The translations under genes were made by a program, and so were the position numbers. Of a stretch of 64,000 nt of DNA, positions 18,130 through 28,175 are shown piece by piece. The notes below the pieces were generated by a model. The model made no database searches, was not told where the DNA came from, and worked only from the letters and a program-made list of their open reading frames with translations. Within the stretch, counting starts at the first letter, position 1, and each line of letters opens with the position of its first letter. The stretch comes from a bacterium (lineage in GTDB: Bacteria > UBA8248): NCBI GenBank assembly GCA_965203325.1, contig OZ241875.1, positions 2,272,001-2,336,000 on the forward strand, written 5' to 3'.

Positions 18130-18843
18130 TCAATCGTCTGCTTTCTCCATGCGCTTCGGCCCGATGAGGAGGACGCACTCGCCCCTGATTTTCTTGTCCT
18201 CGAGTTTCTCGGCCAGTTCGCGCGCTGTATCCCTCAAAATTTCCTCGTGGAGTTTCGTGATCTCCCGCGCAAGGGCCAAGGGCCGCGCCGGCGCGATGGC
18301 GGCGATCTCGCTCACGAGCCTTGGCGTTCTGTGGGGGGATTCGAAGAGGACGACCGTGCGCTCCTCATCGAGCAGCGCCTCGATTTTTTGAAGTCTCTTC
18401 CGGCCCTTGGAGGGAAGAAACCCCTCGAAGACGAAGCTGTCGGTGGGAAGCCCCGAGGCGGTGAGCGCGGCGAGAACGGAAGATGCGCCGGGTACGGGGA
18501 CAACCTGGACGCCTGCTTCTATCGCGGCGCGCACCACCCGGTAGGCGGGATCGGACACGCCCGGCGTGCCCGCGTCTGACACCACGGCGACGCACTCGCC
18601 GCTCAGCGCGCGTTCTGCCAACTCGCCCGCGCGCCTCGCCTCGTTGTGTTCGTGATAGCTTACGAGCGGTTTCTTGATTCCGAGCCTGGAGAGCAGCCTG
18701 CCCGTGTGGCGGGTGTCCTCGCACGCGATGAGGTCGCACTCGCGCAAGACCCTTAAGGCGCGTTCGGTGATGTCTTCGAGATTTCCAATCGGTGTGGCGA
18801 CGAGATAGACGCCGGGAGAGAGGGGCGGCGGCGGTTTGGCCAT
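18130..18843 (-). CDS. rsmI: 16S rRNA (cytidine1402-2'-O)-methyltransferase
   Basis: LYLVATPIGNLEDIT.RA-type start, ACEDTR, SDAGTP.VSDP, FESPHR, REITKLHEE. Confidence 0.95.
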   Translation of the reverse strand: MAKPPPPLSPGVYLVATPIGNLEDITERALRVLRECDLIACEDTRHTGRLLSRLGIKKPLVSYHEHNEARRAGELAERALSGECVAVVSDAGTPGVSDPAYRVVRAAIEAGVQVVPVPGASSVLAALTASGLPTDSFVFEGFLPSKGRKRLQKIEALLDEERTVVLFESPHRTPRLVSEIAAIAPARPLALAREITKLHEEILRDTARELAEKLEDKKIRGECVLLIGPKRMEKADD

Positions 18844-18847
18844 GCGC

Positions 18848-20050
18848 TCAGGCCACGACGCCCGCTTCTCGCAGGTTTGCTATTTCATCCTCGCTCGTTC
18901 CGAACTCGCGGAGCACCTCGTCTGTGTGCTCTCCCAACAGGGGCGCGGGCGTCCTCACGCCGACGCGCGTCTCGGACAGCTTGGGCGGGAAACCCAGAAC
19001 CCGGATCCGGCCCGCCGCGGGGTGTTCCATCTCGACGCTCATCTCTCTGGCCTGAATCTGGGGATGCGCAAAGGTCTCCGCCATGTTCAGGATCGGCCCG
19101 CAGGGGATTCCGCCCGAATCGAGAAGCGCCACCCATTCGTCGCGCGTCTTTTCGATGAACACCGTTTCGAGTTCGCTCGCGAGTGCGAGATAGTTCTCGC
19201 GCCTCAAGCCGTCGGTGGCGTATTCTGGGCGCTCCAGGAGGTCTTCGCGCCCGATGGTCCCGCAGAAAAGCTCCCAGTTCCTCTGGTTGGCGGCGCCCAG
19301 GGCCAGATAGCCGTCTTTGCACTGAAAGGCCTGGTAGGGCGCCGTCATCTCGTGGGCTGAGCCGAGCGGCTCGGGCGGCTCGCCTGAGGGGAAGAACTGG
19401 GACGCCTGCCAGAAGGTGTAGCCGAGGCCTGCGTCGGTCAGCGCCATGTCGATGCGCTGGCCCTCGCCGGTGCGCTGTTTGTGGATGTATGCGGAGAGGA
19501 TGGAGAGCGCCGTGTACATGCCTGCGTTCAGGTCGCAAATCGGCACGGGTATCTTCGCGGGCGCGCCGCCCGGCTCTCCCGTGAAGCTCATGAGGCTCGA
19601 AAGACCCTGCGAGACAAGATCGAACCCGCCCTTGCCCGCGAAAGGCCCCGTATCGCCGTAACCGGAGATGGAGGCGTAGATGAGGCCCGGGTTTATTTCT
19701 TTCAGGTCCTCATACCCAAGGCCGAGCCTGGTCATGATGCCGGGCCGTATGTTCTCGACGAACACGTCGACTTTTCGGGCGAGTTCTTTCATGAGCGCGA
19801 CGCCTGCCGCCGTCTTCATGTCCACCGCCAGGCTGCGCTTGTTGCGGTTCAGGTTCATGAAGCCGTGCGCTTCGCCGCCGTCGTAGTAGCGGCCCAGCCG
19901 GCGCGCGCTGTCGCCACCCTCAGGGTTTTCGATCTTGATGACGTCTGCGCCCATATCCGCCAGCAGGCACCCGCAGAACGGACCGGCCATCACCTGGCAG
20001 ACCTCCAGCACGCGAACGCCCTCGAGGGGTCCGCCCGTTTCTCGGCTCAT
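18848..20050 (-). CDS. CoA-transferase family III (CaiB/BaiF)
   Basis: PLEGVRVLE, AGPFC, DMGADVIKIE, NRNKRS, SGYG..GP, APY..F...DG, LGEHTDEVL. Confidence 0.93.
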   Translation of the reverse strand: MSRETGGPLEGVRVLEVCQVMAGPFCGCLLADMGADVIKIENPEGGDSARRLGRYYDGGEAHGFMNLNRNKRSLAVDMKTAAGVALMKELARKVDVFVENIRPGIMTRLGLGYEDLKEINPGLIYASISGYGDTGPFAGKGGFDLVSQGLSSLMSFTGEPGGAPAKIPVPICDLNAGMYTALSILSAYIHKQRTGEGQRIDMALTDAGLGYTFWQASQFFPSGEPPEPLGSAHEMTAPYQAFQCKDGYLALGAANQRNWELFCGTIGREDLLERPEYATDGLRRENYLALASELETVFIEKTRDEWVALLDSGGIPCGPILNMAETFAHPQIQAREMSVEMEHPAAGRIRVLGFPPKLSETRVGVRTPAPLLGEHTDEVLREFGTSEDEIANLREAGVVA

Positions 20051-20054
20051 CCGT

Positions 20055-20864
20055 TTATTTTCCCCGGAATTCAGGCGCGCGCTTGCCCAGAAAAGCCTCC
20101 ACGCCCTCTCGGAAATCTTCGGTGTCGAAGCAGGCGACCTCGCGCGATTTTTCTTCTTCGGTGAGAGTGGAGAGGCCCGGGTCCAGCAACACTTTCTTCA
20201 CAAAGCTCTTGTGCCACTTGTGAACGAGGGGCGCCAGGGAAACGATGCGCTCCGCCATCCCGTACGCCGCGGCCTCCACCTCTTCGTCCGGCACGACGCG
20301 CGCCAGAAATCCCGCGTCGAGCATCTCCTGCGCCGTGAAGAGCTTGGCTGTCAGCAGCATGTCCAGCGTGCGCGCGGGGCCGATGGAGTATACGAAGCGC
20401 CTGAGTTCGGAATAGCCCGCCACGAGGCCGAGTTTGGCGACCGGTATGCCGAAGCGCGAGCTCTCGCCGGCGACCCGCAGGTCCGTGGCGGCGGCGAGCT
20501 CCACGCCACCGCCCACGCAGGCGCCGCGAATGAGACAGATGACGGGTTTCGAGAAGGCGTCCACGGCGTCCAGGCCGCGCAAGAATCCCGTTTCCGAGAA
20601 GTGTTTGGCTTGCGCGGAACTGTAGCGCTCCTGCTTGAAGCGCGAGATATCCGCCCCGGCGGAGAAGGCGCGCTCGCCGGCGCCCCGGAACACGACGGCG
20701 CGCACCGAATCGTCCGCATCGAGTTCGGGCATGAGGCTGCTGATTTCCACCCACATCTCATACTCGATGGCGTTCAGCCGCTCGGGCGCGTTGAAGGTGA
20801 TCGTCGCCACCGCGTCCTTGCGGGAGAGCAGTATTTTTCCGTCCGCGCGCTGTTCTTCGCTCAC
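20055..20864 (-). CDS. Enoyl-CoA hydratase/isomerase family protein
   Basis: N.P..LNA, AFSAGADI, G.CVGGG.EL, DF.EGV.AFL.KR.P.F.GK. Confidence 0.9.
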   Translation of the reverse strand: MSEEQRADGKILLSRKDAVATITFNAPERLNAIEYEMWVEISSLMPELDADDSVRAVVFRGAGERAFSAGADISRFKQERYSSAQAKHFSETGFLRGLDAVDAFSKPVICLIRGACVGGGVELAAATDLRVAGESSRFGIPVAKLGLVAGYSELRRFVYSIGPARTLDMLLTAKLFTAQEMLDAGFLARVVPDEEVEAAAYGMAERIVSLAPLVHKWHKSFVKKVLLDPGLSTLTEEEKSREVACFDTEDFREGVEAFLGKRAPEFRGK

Positions 20865-20954
20865 GTCAATCGCCTCGAATCAATCTCTGCTGCGTATGAG
20901 CCGTTAGAAGGTCTAGCCGGAAGGCCGCGCCCTCATCAAACGAGAAGGGAAAAA

Positions 20955-21173
20955 CTAATCTCCCTGCGCATCCTTGTATTCTTCGAGCCACGCCATCTGG
21001 ATGGCTTCGAGCTTGCCCTCCGTCGAGGACATCGGCTCGTCGTCGAACTCCTCGAGCTCGCACACCCACTCGTGCAGATCCGTGAAACGCACGGAAAGCG
21101 GGTCTATCTTCGGAAATTTCTCGTACAGCGCGATGCCGATGTCCTCGGCGTCTTCCCAGCCGAACGTGTCCAC
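20955..21173 (-). CDS. iscX: Fe-S assembly protein IscX
   Basis: W.D..DI.I.L, DPLSVRFTDL..W, LEAIQMAW.EE; last gene of the isc operon. Confidence 0.92.
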   Translation of the reverse strand: MDTFGWEDAEDIGIALYEKFPKIDPLSVRFTDLHEWVCELEEFDDEPMSSTEGKLEAIQMAWLEEYKDAQGD

Positions 21174-21198
21174 CAGTTTCTCTCCTGAACCGAATTTT

Positions 21199-21555
21199 CT
21201 AATGGGCGTGTTGCTCGCGGGCCGCGTCCGGGCCTTCCTGCACGAGGTTCACGTTCCAGAACGGCACCTCGATCTCGATGACCTCGTCCGTGTCGGACTC
21301 CAGAGTCGCCTGGCAGGCCAGCCGGCTGTCGAGGTCAACGTCGCGCGCATCGTCGAGCTGGTCTTCCTCATCCTCGGTGGATTCGTTGAACGAATCCGCG
21401 CCCGTGCGGATCTTCACGTGGCACGTCGAGCATGCGCACACGCCGCCGCAGGCATGATCCAGGTCGAAGCCGTTTTCGAGCGCCACTTCGAGAATGTTCT
21501 CGCCCACGTGGATCTCTAACGTCTGTTTCTCTTCCGTGAAATGTAGTTTCGCCAT
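21199..21555 (-). CDS. fdx: ISC-type [2Fe-2S] ferredoxin
   Basis: HACGGVCACSTCHV ... SRLACQ. Confidence 0.93.
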   Translation of the reverse strand: MAKLHFTEEKQTLEIHVGENILEVALENGFDLDHACGGVCACSTCHVKIRTGADSFNESTEDEEDQLDDARDVDLDSRLACQATLESDTDEVIEIEVPFWNVNLVQEGPDAAREQHAH

Positions 21556-21594
21556 TTTCTTCCCCTGCGCCCCGCTGGAATCTCCCCGCGGTTA

Positions 21595-23430
21595 CTAGTC
21601 TTTGAGGGCTTCGCTCACCCTCTTGTTCTCCAAGGCAGATTTCAAAACGTTATCCATCATCCGCTCTGCGAGCGGCATCGTCACTTCGTTGAGGGCGTCG
21701 ACCATATCGCGAATTAGGCCCGCGTCCTCTCCCCGGCAGGCTTCTTCGAGCGCGCTCACGGCTTCTTGAATCTTCGCGCGCTCCTCGGGAGAGACGGCAT
21801 CCTCTTCATAATCGTTCATCGCACGGGCCGCCGCCATGAGGATCGTCTCCGCCTCGGTTCTGGCGTCCAGAACCTGGCGGGAGCGGATGTCCTGCTCGGC
21901 GTGCTCGAAAGATTCGATGAGCATGCGCTCGACCTGCTCATCCGTCAGCCCATAAGAAGGCTGCACCTCCACCGAGGCCGCCTTGCCGCTCTTGAGATCC
22001 CGGGCCGTCACGTTCAGGATGCCGTTCGCGTCGAGCAGAAACGTCACCTCTACCCGGGCGAGGCCGGCGGGTGCCGGGTCGACCGCGAGGCGGAAACGCG
22101 CGAGCGAGCGGTTGTCCTTCACCAGTTCGCGCTCGCCCTGGAGCACGTGGATGTCCACGCCCGTCTGGTTGTCCTTGAAGGTGGTGTAGGTCTCCCTCGC
22201 GCTCGTGGGGATGGTGGTGTTGCGCGGAATGATCCACCCCATCACGCCGCCCATCGTCTCGATGCCCAAAGAAAGCGGCGTCACGTCGAGGAGCAACATG
22301 TCTTTTCTGCCGCCTCCCAGGATGTCCGCCTGCACCGCCGCGCCCAGGGCCACCACCTCGTCGGGGTCCAGGTCCGCATGCGGGCGCTTTTCGAACAACT
22401 CCTCCACCATACGGCGTATGAGGGGCATGCGGGTGGACCCGCCCACCAGAACGACCTCGTCCACCTCCCCGGGCGAGAGGCCCGCGTCCTGGAGCGCACG
22501 CCTGCAAGGCGCCAGCGTGCGCTGGGCGATGGGCCAGAGGAGCGCTTCCATCTCCTCCCGGGTGAGGCTCCCCTTGTGAGCGAGCGGGACGCCGCCGGGG
22601 TTTTCGATGACGTACTCCGTGGAATCGCCCTCCGAGAGCGTCATCTTGACGTTTTCGGCCAGAAGCGTCAGTTCGGCCAGCGCCTCGGGCGTCTCGCTCA
22701 AATCCACGCCGTGCTGTTCAAGGATTTCCTCCTGAATGCGGCGGGAGATCGCCAGATCGAAATCGTCTCCGCCCAGGTGGGTGTCGCCGCCGGTGGCGAG
22801 CACCTCGAACACGCCGTCCTTGATCCTCAAGAGCGAGATGTCGAACGTGCCGCCGCCCAGGTCGTAGACCGCGACGACGCCCCGGTTCCGCTCGTGAAGA
22901 CCATAGGCGAGAGAGGCCGCCGTGGGCTCGTTGATGATGCGGAGCACTTCGAGGCCCGCGAGTTTGCCCGCGTCTTTCGTCGCCTGACGCTGCGCGTCGT
23001 TGAAATACGCGGGCACCGTGACCACCGCCCGAAGGACGGGCCGGCCGAGCGTTTTCTCCGCTCGGGATTTCAGGCGCCTCAGCACCAGGGCGCTGATTTC
23101 GGGCGCACTGTAGGAGCGCCCCTGCGCCAGCACATGGACGACGTCTCGCTCATCGGGGTCGGCATCGAAGGGCAGGTGGCGCATATCGTCCTTCACGTCC
23201 TCATAGCCCCTGCCCATGAACCGCTTGATGGAAAAGATGGTGTTCCGGCTGTTGGAGACGCGCTCATCGTGCGCCTCATCGCCGGTGAAAACGCGGTCGG
23301 AGCGAAAGCTCACCACGGAAGGCACGATGCCGCGCTCGCCCTCGGGCGCGAGTATCGCCGGCTCTCCTCCCGACACGGAAGCGACCAGGCTGTTCGTCGT
23401 GCCCAGGTCGATTCCGACGATCTCGCTCAT
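21595..23430 (-). CDS. hscA: Fe-S chaperone HscA (Hsp70 family)
   Basis: [53 protein letters not shown]; isc operon context. Confidence 0.92.
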   Translation of the reverse strand: MSEIVGIDLGTTNSLVASVSGGEPAILAPEGERGIVPSVVSFRSDRVFTGDEAHDERVSNSRNTIFSIKRFMGRGYEDVKDDMRHLPFDADPDERDVVHVLAQGRSYSAPEISALVLRRLKSRAEKTLGRPVLRAVVTVPAYFNDAQRQATKDAGKLAGLEVLRIINEPTAASLAYGLHERNRGVVAVYDLGGGTFDISLLRIKDGVFEVLATGGDTHLGGDDFDLAISRRIQEEILEQHGVDLSETPEALAELTLLAENVKMTLSEGDSTEYVIENPGGVPLAHKGSLTREEMEALLWPIAQRTLAPCRRALQDAGLSPGEVDEVVLVGGSTRMPLIRRMVEELFEKRPHADLDPDEVVALGAAVQADILGGGRKDMLLLDVTPLSLGIETMGGVMGWIIPRNTTIPTSARETYTTFKDNQTGVDIHVLQGERELVKDNRSLARFRLAVDPAPAGLARVEVTFLLDANGILNVTARDLKSGKAASVEVQPSYGLTDEQVERMLIESFEHAEQDIRSRQVLDARTEAETILMAAARAMNDYEEDAVSPEERAKIQEAVSALEEACRGEDAGLIRDMVDALNEVTMPLAERMMDNVLKSALENKRVSEALKD

Positions 23431-24068
23431 TCACTCTCCTCCAGGGCGCGCTTGAGGCTCGTGAGGGTGTTCTCGATGTAGTTCCTCAGCCCGAGAATGG
23501 AGCGCATCCTCCTGATCACTTCAGATGGGGCAGGTTCGTCTTTTTCGAGCGCCTCGTCCCAGTCGGCGCCCAGCATTTCGAGCGCCATGAGTTGTCCATC
23601 ACGAAGCGTCGAAAAGCACTCCATGGCCGCGTTCAGGCGCTCGCGCAAATTCTCGGCTTCCTCTTCGTCCATGCAGCACTGAAACTCCTCCGCCGCCTCC
23701 TGGGCTTCGAATATCTCCTCGAACAATTCGGGCGGGGGCCTCCTCTCGTTCTCGTCGAGCTTTCCGCTTTCGAGCTGCACGAGGTAGACGACGCGCGCAA
23801 TCGGATCCTTGAGGGTCTGGTACGCGTCGTTGATGCGAGCCGTCGCGTCCAGGCTCCTGATCCGCACCGAGGCGGGCGCACTCATGAAAAAATCGGGATG
23901 AAGCCTGCGGTTCAGTTCATAGAACTTCGATTCGAGCGCGCCGGCGTCGATGCCGAACCTGCGCTCCAGCCCCAGCAGCGCGAAGTGATCCACCCCGGCG
24001 GGAATCGCCTCAATTTCACCCTCTTCGTTGAAAACGGTAAAAGGTTTTTTTTTCGTCGCTTCGCTCAT
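23427..24068 (-). CDS. hscB: Fe-S co-chaperone HscB
   Basis: J-domain D.F.LLGL...F, LHPD, INDAY.TLKDP..R..YL; isc context. Confidence 0.88.
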   Translation of the reverse strand: MSEATKKKPFTVFNEEGEIEAIPAGVDHFALLGLERRFGIDAGALESKFYELNRRLHPDFFMSAPASVRIRSLDATARINDAYQTLKDPIARVVYLVQLESGKLDENERRPPPELFEEIFEAQEAAEEFQCCMDEEEAENLRERLNAAMECFSTLRDGQLMALEMLGADWDEALEKDEPAPSEVIRRMRSILGLRNYIENTLTSLKRALEESE

Positions 24069-24112
24069 CTCGCGATTCCAGGCCCGCATGAACCGCCGGG
24101 CGATTTGAACCC

Positions 24113-24160
24113 AAAAGAAAAACGCGTCGCTATCCCATGCGGCATGGGCGCGGCGCGTTT
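24113..24160 (-). terminator. Putative intrinsic terminator or stabilising hairpin between iscA and hscB
   Basis: Minus strand AAACGCGCCGC-GCCCATGCCGCATGGGATA-GCGACGCGTTT followed by TTCTTTT. Confidence 0.6.
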
Positions 24161-24173
24161 CATCCCGGTTGCG

Positions 24174-24530
24174 TTACGCGGAAAAACTTTCCCCGCAACC
24201 ACAGGACTGGCGTGCGTTGGGGTTCTTGAACACAAACCCCTTGCCCATCAGCCCGTCTTCAAAATCCAGCGTGGTGCCCGCCAGGAAAAAGAGGCTCTTC
24301 TTGTCCACGACCACGCGGACGCCGTCTTTCTCGAACACCTCGTCCATCAGCGGGTTGATGCGTTCCTCGCCCTCGAACTGGAGGACGTAGGAAAGCCCGG
24401 AGCAGCCTCCTCCCTTCACGCCGACGCGGAGAACGTGGCCCTGCGCCCCTTCTTTCTCCATGAAGCGGTTCACGTGCTCCACAGCCTTGTCGGTAATCTC
24501 GATGCTCAGTCTTTTCGCGGCCGTATCCAT
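24174..24530 (-). CDS. iscA: A-type Fe-S carrier IscA
   Basis: RVGVKGGGCSGLSY, LDF...L...GF.F.NPN, CGCGESF. Confidence 0.93.
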   Translation of the reverse strand: MDTAAKRLSIEITDKAVEHVNRFMEKEGAQGHVLRVGVKGGGCSGLSYVLQFEGEERINPLMDEVFEKDGVRVVVDKKSLFFLAGTTLDFEDGLMGKGFVFKNPNARQSCGCGESFSA

Positions 24531-24561
24531 TTCCTGCCCCTTACACGCGAATCGCCCGCTT

Positions 24562-24975
24562 CTAGTGGTGGTGGCCCTTGCGCTCGACGACCGGTATCCC
24601 GTTTTTCTCGCGAAAATCGTTCAGCGCGGTCTTGATGGCGTCTTCGGCCAGCACGGAACAGTGGATCTTCACCGGCGGGAGATTCAACTCCTCGACGATC
24701 TGCGTGTTCTTGATCTCCTCGGCCTCGTCCACCGTCTTGCCCTTGAGCCACTCGGTGGCCAGGGAGCTCGATGCGATGGCGCTTCCGCAGCCGAAGGTCT
24801 TGAACTTCGCATCCTCGATGAGGCCGCCCTCGTCCACCTTGATCTGGAGCTTCATCACGTCGCCGCATTCGGGCGCGCCGACGATGCCCGTGCCCACCGT
24901 CTGGTCGCTCTTGTCGAGCGAGCCGACGTTGCGCGGGTTGTTGTAGTGATCGACCACCTTATCGCTGTAAGCCAT
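24562..24975 (-). CDS. iscU: Fe-S scaffold IscU
   Basis: MAYSDKV.DHY.NPRNVG, GAPECGDVM, FGCGSAIASSS, LPPVKIHCS. Confidence 0.96.
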   Translation of the reverse strand: MAYSDKVVDHYNNPRNVGSLDKSDQTVGTGIVGAPECGDVMKLQIKVDEGGLIEDAKFKTFGCGSAIASSSLATEWLKGKTVDEAEEIKNTQIVEELNLPPVKIHCSVLAEDAIKTALNDFREKNGIPVVERKGHHH

Positions 24976-25059
24976 TTTCCCGTTCTCCTCTTTCCAGTTG
25001 CTGCGATTCCGGATTTCTGCGAGCCGCAGGCTCTATATCAAAATAAGCTCAACGCTCCT

Positions 25060-26280
25060 TTAATGCGACTGCCATTCCACCTTGGAGAGGTCCACGCCCT
25101 CTTTCACCATCTCATAAAGCGGGCTCATCTCGCGAAGCCGGTTCACGATGTCCGTCGTCTTCTCGGCCACGTAGTCTATCTCCTCCTCGGTGGTGAAGCG
25201 GCCGAAGCCGTAGCGAATCGAGGAATGCGCCAGCTCGTCGCCCCGGCCCATGGACTTGAGCACGTAGCTCGGTTCCAGGCTCGCCGAGGTGCAGGCCGAA
25301 CCCGAGGATACGGCCACGTCGCTCAGCCCCATGATGAGCGATTCGCCCTCCACGTAGGGGAAGCTGAGGTTCAGGTTGCCCGAGAGGCGCTTGGTCTCAT
25401 GGCCGTTCACGTATACCTCTTCCAAACTCTCGAACATGGTCGCCTTGAACTTGTCGCGCAGGTTCGTCAGACGGATGTTCTCTTCTTCCATCTCCTCCAT
25501 GCACAACTCGGCCGCCTTGCCGAAGCCGACGATGCCCGAGACGTTCAGCGTACCCGAGCGCATTCCCCGCTCGTGGCCGCCGCCGTCGATGATGGCCGAC
25601 AGCCTCACGCGCGGCCTGCGCCTGCGGACGTAAATCAACCCCACGCCCTTGGGCCCGTAGACCTTGTGGGCGGTGGCCGAGAGGAGGTCGATGTTCATCT
25701 CGTCCACGTCGATGGGAATCTTGCCGTAGCCCTGCGTGGCGTCGGTGTGGAAGAGGATGCCGCGGCCCCGGCACAGCGCGCCGATCTCGGCGATGGGGTT
25801 CAGCACGCCGACCTCGTTGTTCGCCGCCATGATGGAGACGAGTATGGTGTCGTCGCGCAGGGCGTTCTCGACCATCTCCGCCGTCGTGATGCCGTCCTCG
25901 GGAGGCTCGATGTAGGTGACGTCGAAGCCCCACGTCTCCAGGCGTTTGGCGGAGTCGATGATGGCCTTGTGCTCGATCGCCGAGGTGACGATGTGGTTGC
26001 CCTTTTTCTTGTACATCTCGGCGACGCCCTTGAGCGCCATGTTGTCCGATTCCGTAGCCCCGCTGGTGAAGATGATCTCGCGCGGGTCCGCGCCGATGAC
26101 GGCGGCGAGTTTCTCCCGGGCGTCGTCCACGGCCTTTTCCGCCTCCCAGCCGAAGCTGTGGTTGCGGCTCGCGGCGTTTCCGAACTTGTCGTCGAAGTAG
26201 GGATTCATCTCCTCGAGGACGCGCGGGTCCATGGGCGTCGTCGCCTGGTAGTCCATATAGATGGGGAACTTCAAGCTCAT
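25060..26280 (-). CDS. iscS: Cysteine desulfurase IscS
   Basis: [47 protein letters not shown]. Confidence 0.96.
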   Translation of the reverse strand: MSLKFPIYMDYQATTPMDPRVLEEMNPYFDDKFGNAASRNHSFGWEAEKAVDDAREKLAAVIGADPREIIFTSGATESDNMALKGVAEMYKKKGNHIVTSAIEHKAIIDSAKRLETWGFDVTYIEPPEDGITTAEMVENALRDDTILVSIMAANNEVGVLNPIAEIGALCRGRGILFHTDATQGYGKIPIDVDEMNIDLLSATAHKVYGPKGVGLIYVRRRRPRVRLSAIIDGGGHERGMRSGTLNVSGIVGFGKAAELCMEEMEEENIRLTNLRDKFKATMFESLEEVYVNGHETKRLSGNLNLSFPYVEGESLIMGLSDVAVSSGSACTSASLEPSYVLKSMGRGDELAHSSIRYGFGRFTTEEEIDYVAEKTTDIVNRLREMSPLYEMVKEGVDLSKVEWQSH

Positions 26281-26702
26281 CTGATCTCTCCTGCAGGCGT
26301 ACCCACCATGTCCTGAAGGGTCATTCCTTCAAGCACGTCGGTCACCTTTTTCTGGATCCTTTCCATGGGATAAAAAATGGTGCATTTCTCGTATTGTTCA
26401 CAGCCCGTGGCGTCGCCGATCTGGCACGTCGCCATCGCGATGGGCCCCTCAATCGCCCGGATGACTTCGGCCACCGAGATGGTCTCGGGCCTGCGCGAGA
26501 GAACGTAGCCGCCCTTGGGGCCGTTTCTCGACTCCACGAGGTCATTTTTGGCCAGAAGCTGCATCGTCTTCGCGAGCAGCTCGGCGGGAATGCGGAACCG
26601 CTCCGCGATGGCGCGCGAGGTGATGGATCCCTCCTCTTCGCACTCCGCGAGGTAGCAAAGAGCCATCAAGCCGTAATCCGTACGCTTTGCAATTGCGAAC
26701 AT
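26277..26702 (-). CDS. iscR: Rrf2-family regulator (IscR-like)
   Basis: DYGL, L.K..LV.S..GP.GGY.L, IEGP; three C-terminal Cys; first gene of the isc operon. Confidence 0.8.
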   Translation of the reverse strand: MFAIAKRTDYGLMALCYLAECEEEGSITSRAIAERFRIPAELLAKTMQLLAKNDLVESRNGPKGGYVLSRRPETISVAEVIRAIEGPIAMATCQIGDATGCEQYEKCTIFYPMERIQKKVTDVLEGMTLQDMVGTPAGEIR

Positions 26703-26782
26703 TCCGCATACCGCCTTGAATTATACAGGATTATCGGTCAAACCCGACCATTTGGAAGCTGACGGCGTCTTACCCCCACTAA

Positions 26783-26822
26783 ATGCGACCCAAATGGTCG
26801 CCGACCCATCCAGTCGCATATA
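26783..26822. promoter_or_regulatory. Tandem GAC-N7-GTC palindromes upstream of the isc operon (candidate Rrf2/IscR sites)
   Basis: GCGAC-CCAAATG-GTCGC immediately followed by CGAC-CCATCCA-GTCG; same half-site spacing as IscR type-1 sites. Confidence 0.55.
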
Positions 26823-26930
26823 TACGCCCCAAACGGGCCAATGTCAAGGGTTTCGAACGTAAAATCAACGATTAAGAGGGGATGGGCAATCGTCGTCGGC
26901 CATGTGCCTTCCCGCCAAAGGCGCCGCTCC

Positions 26931-28100
26931 CTACCTCCCCTTCACCAACTCCCACTTGCCTTTCACGATGCGCACCAGGGCGAGGGAGTCGATATCCTGG
27001 CCGTTGTGGTCGTTTTTGGAAAAGCCGTAAGTTCCGTTCAGCCCCATGAAATAGCGCGCCCCTTCGACGCCTGCGGGGATTCTCGCCCGGTTGGCGCCCA
27101 CGCCCCGGGCGGACCACGCCAGAATGCGCAGCGCATCGACGGCGGCGGCCGCCGTCTCTCCCGGCGCGCTCCTGTAGGCCTTCAGGAACTCATCCCGAAA
27201 CGCGGCGAGGTCCTTCTTGGCGGGATGCGCTTCTGGCAGAAGATGGGCCGCTGCGATCCACGAGGCCGGGAACACCACGCCCTCGGCGGCCCGGCCCCCG
27301 CTTTTGGAGCCGAACATTCCGGGCGACGCCTGAGAGAGATAGAGCGGCATATCGAGATCGAGCGCCGCGCGGGCGCGCACCAGGTCCACGCGATATCCTC
27401 CTCTGGCCCAGTGCACGAAGGCCCCGACGCCGCGCAGGGAGGCGCGCTTCAGAAAGGGCAGGAAATTGTGCTCGCCCGGCTTGAAGGATTCGTTCAGGAG
27501 GATGGATACGCCGAAATCGGGCGCGAGCGCGGTGATCTGCTCCCGTCCCTCCGTGCCGTAGCCCACGGAGGAACCCAGCATCGCCGCGCGCTTGATTCCT
27601 CTGCTTTTCAAGTGTCCCAGTATCAAGCGAACGGGCAGCGACGCGGGCCTTGCGGTGGAGAAAACCCACTGACGGACCGGGACGAGAATCTCCTCGGGCG
27701 CGGACAACGTGAAAAGCGGCACCCGTTCTTCCTGCGCCGCTTCGGCGGCGGCGATGGCGGCGTAATGCTCGACGGGCCCGATCACGGCGACGGCCTCATG
27801 CTTTCGGGCCAGTTCGCGAACCGCGGCGGCCGCCCCCTCGGGGCTTCCCCTGGTGTCGAGAGTGAGGAGAAAAATGCGCCCGCCGGCGACGCCCCGGCGG
27901 TTGATTCGCGCCATCTCAAGTAAAAGCGCGTTTCGGGCCTCGCGGCCTCCGGAAGCGCCCGGGCCCGAGAGGTCGAGCGCGAGGCCGACGACGATCCTGT
28001 CGGCCGGTGCCGCATCCCCGGCCCACCCGCAGACGCAAAAGAAGGCTGCGAGCGACGCCATCCACCTGATGCGCCATCCGTTTTTGATCGCCACGCTCAT
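26931..28100 (-). CDS. Branched-chain amino-acid ABC-type substrate-binding protein (orphan)
   Basis: Signal peptide; DLSGP.A..G, IN..G..G, F.G..G...F...DH.G motifs; no cognate permease adjacent. Confidence 0.8.
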   Translation of the reverse strand: MSVAIKNGWRIRWMASLAAFFCVCGWAGDAAPADRIVVGLALDLSGPGASGGREARNALLLEMARINRRGVAGGRIFLLTLDTRGSPEGAAAAVRELARKHEAVAVIGPVEHYAAIAAAEAAQEERVPLFTLSAPEEILVPVRQWVFSTARPASLPVRLILGHLKSRGIKRAAMLGSSVGYGTEGREQITALAPDFGVSILLNESFKPGEHNFLPFLKRASLRGVGAFVHWARGGYRVDLVRARAALDLDMPLYLSQASPGMFGSKSGGRAAEGVVFPASWIAAAHLLPEAHPAKKDLAAFRDEFLKAYRSAPGETAAAAVDALRILAWSARGVGANRARIPAGVEGARYFMGLNGTYGFSKNDHNGQDIDSLALVRIVKGKWELVKGR

Positions 28101-28175
28101 GTTCTATCATTACCCCGAAACTTAGAGCGTCGTCTTTGAAAACCCTAATACGCTTGATAACGGCTGGCCCGACGC

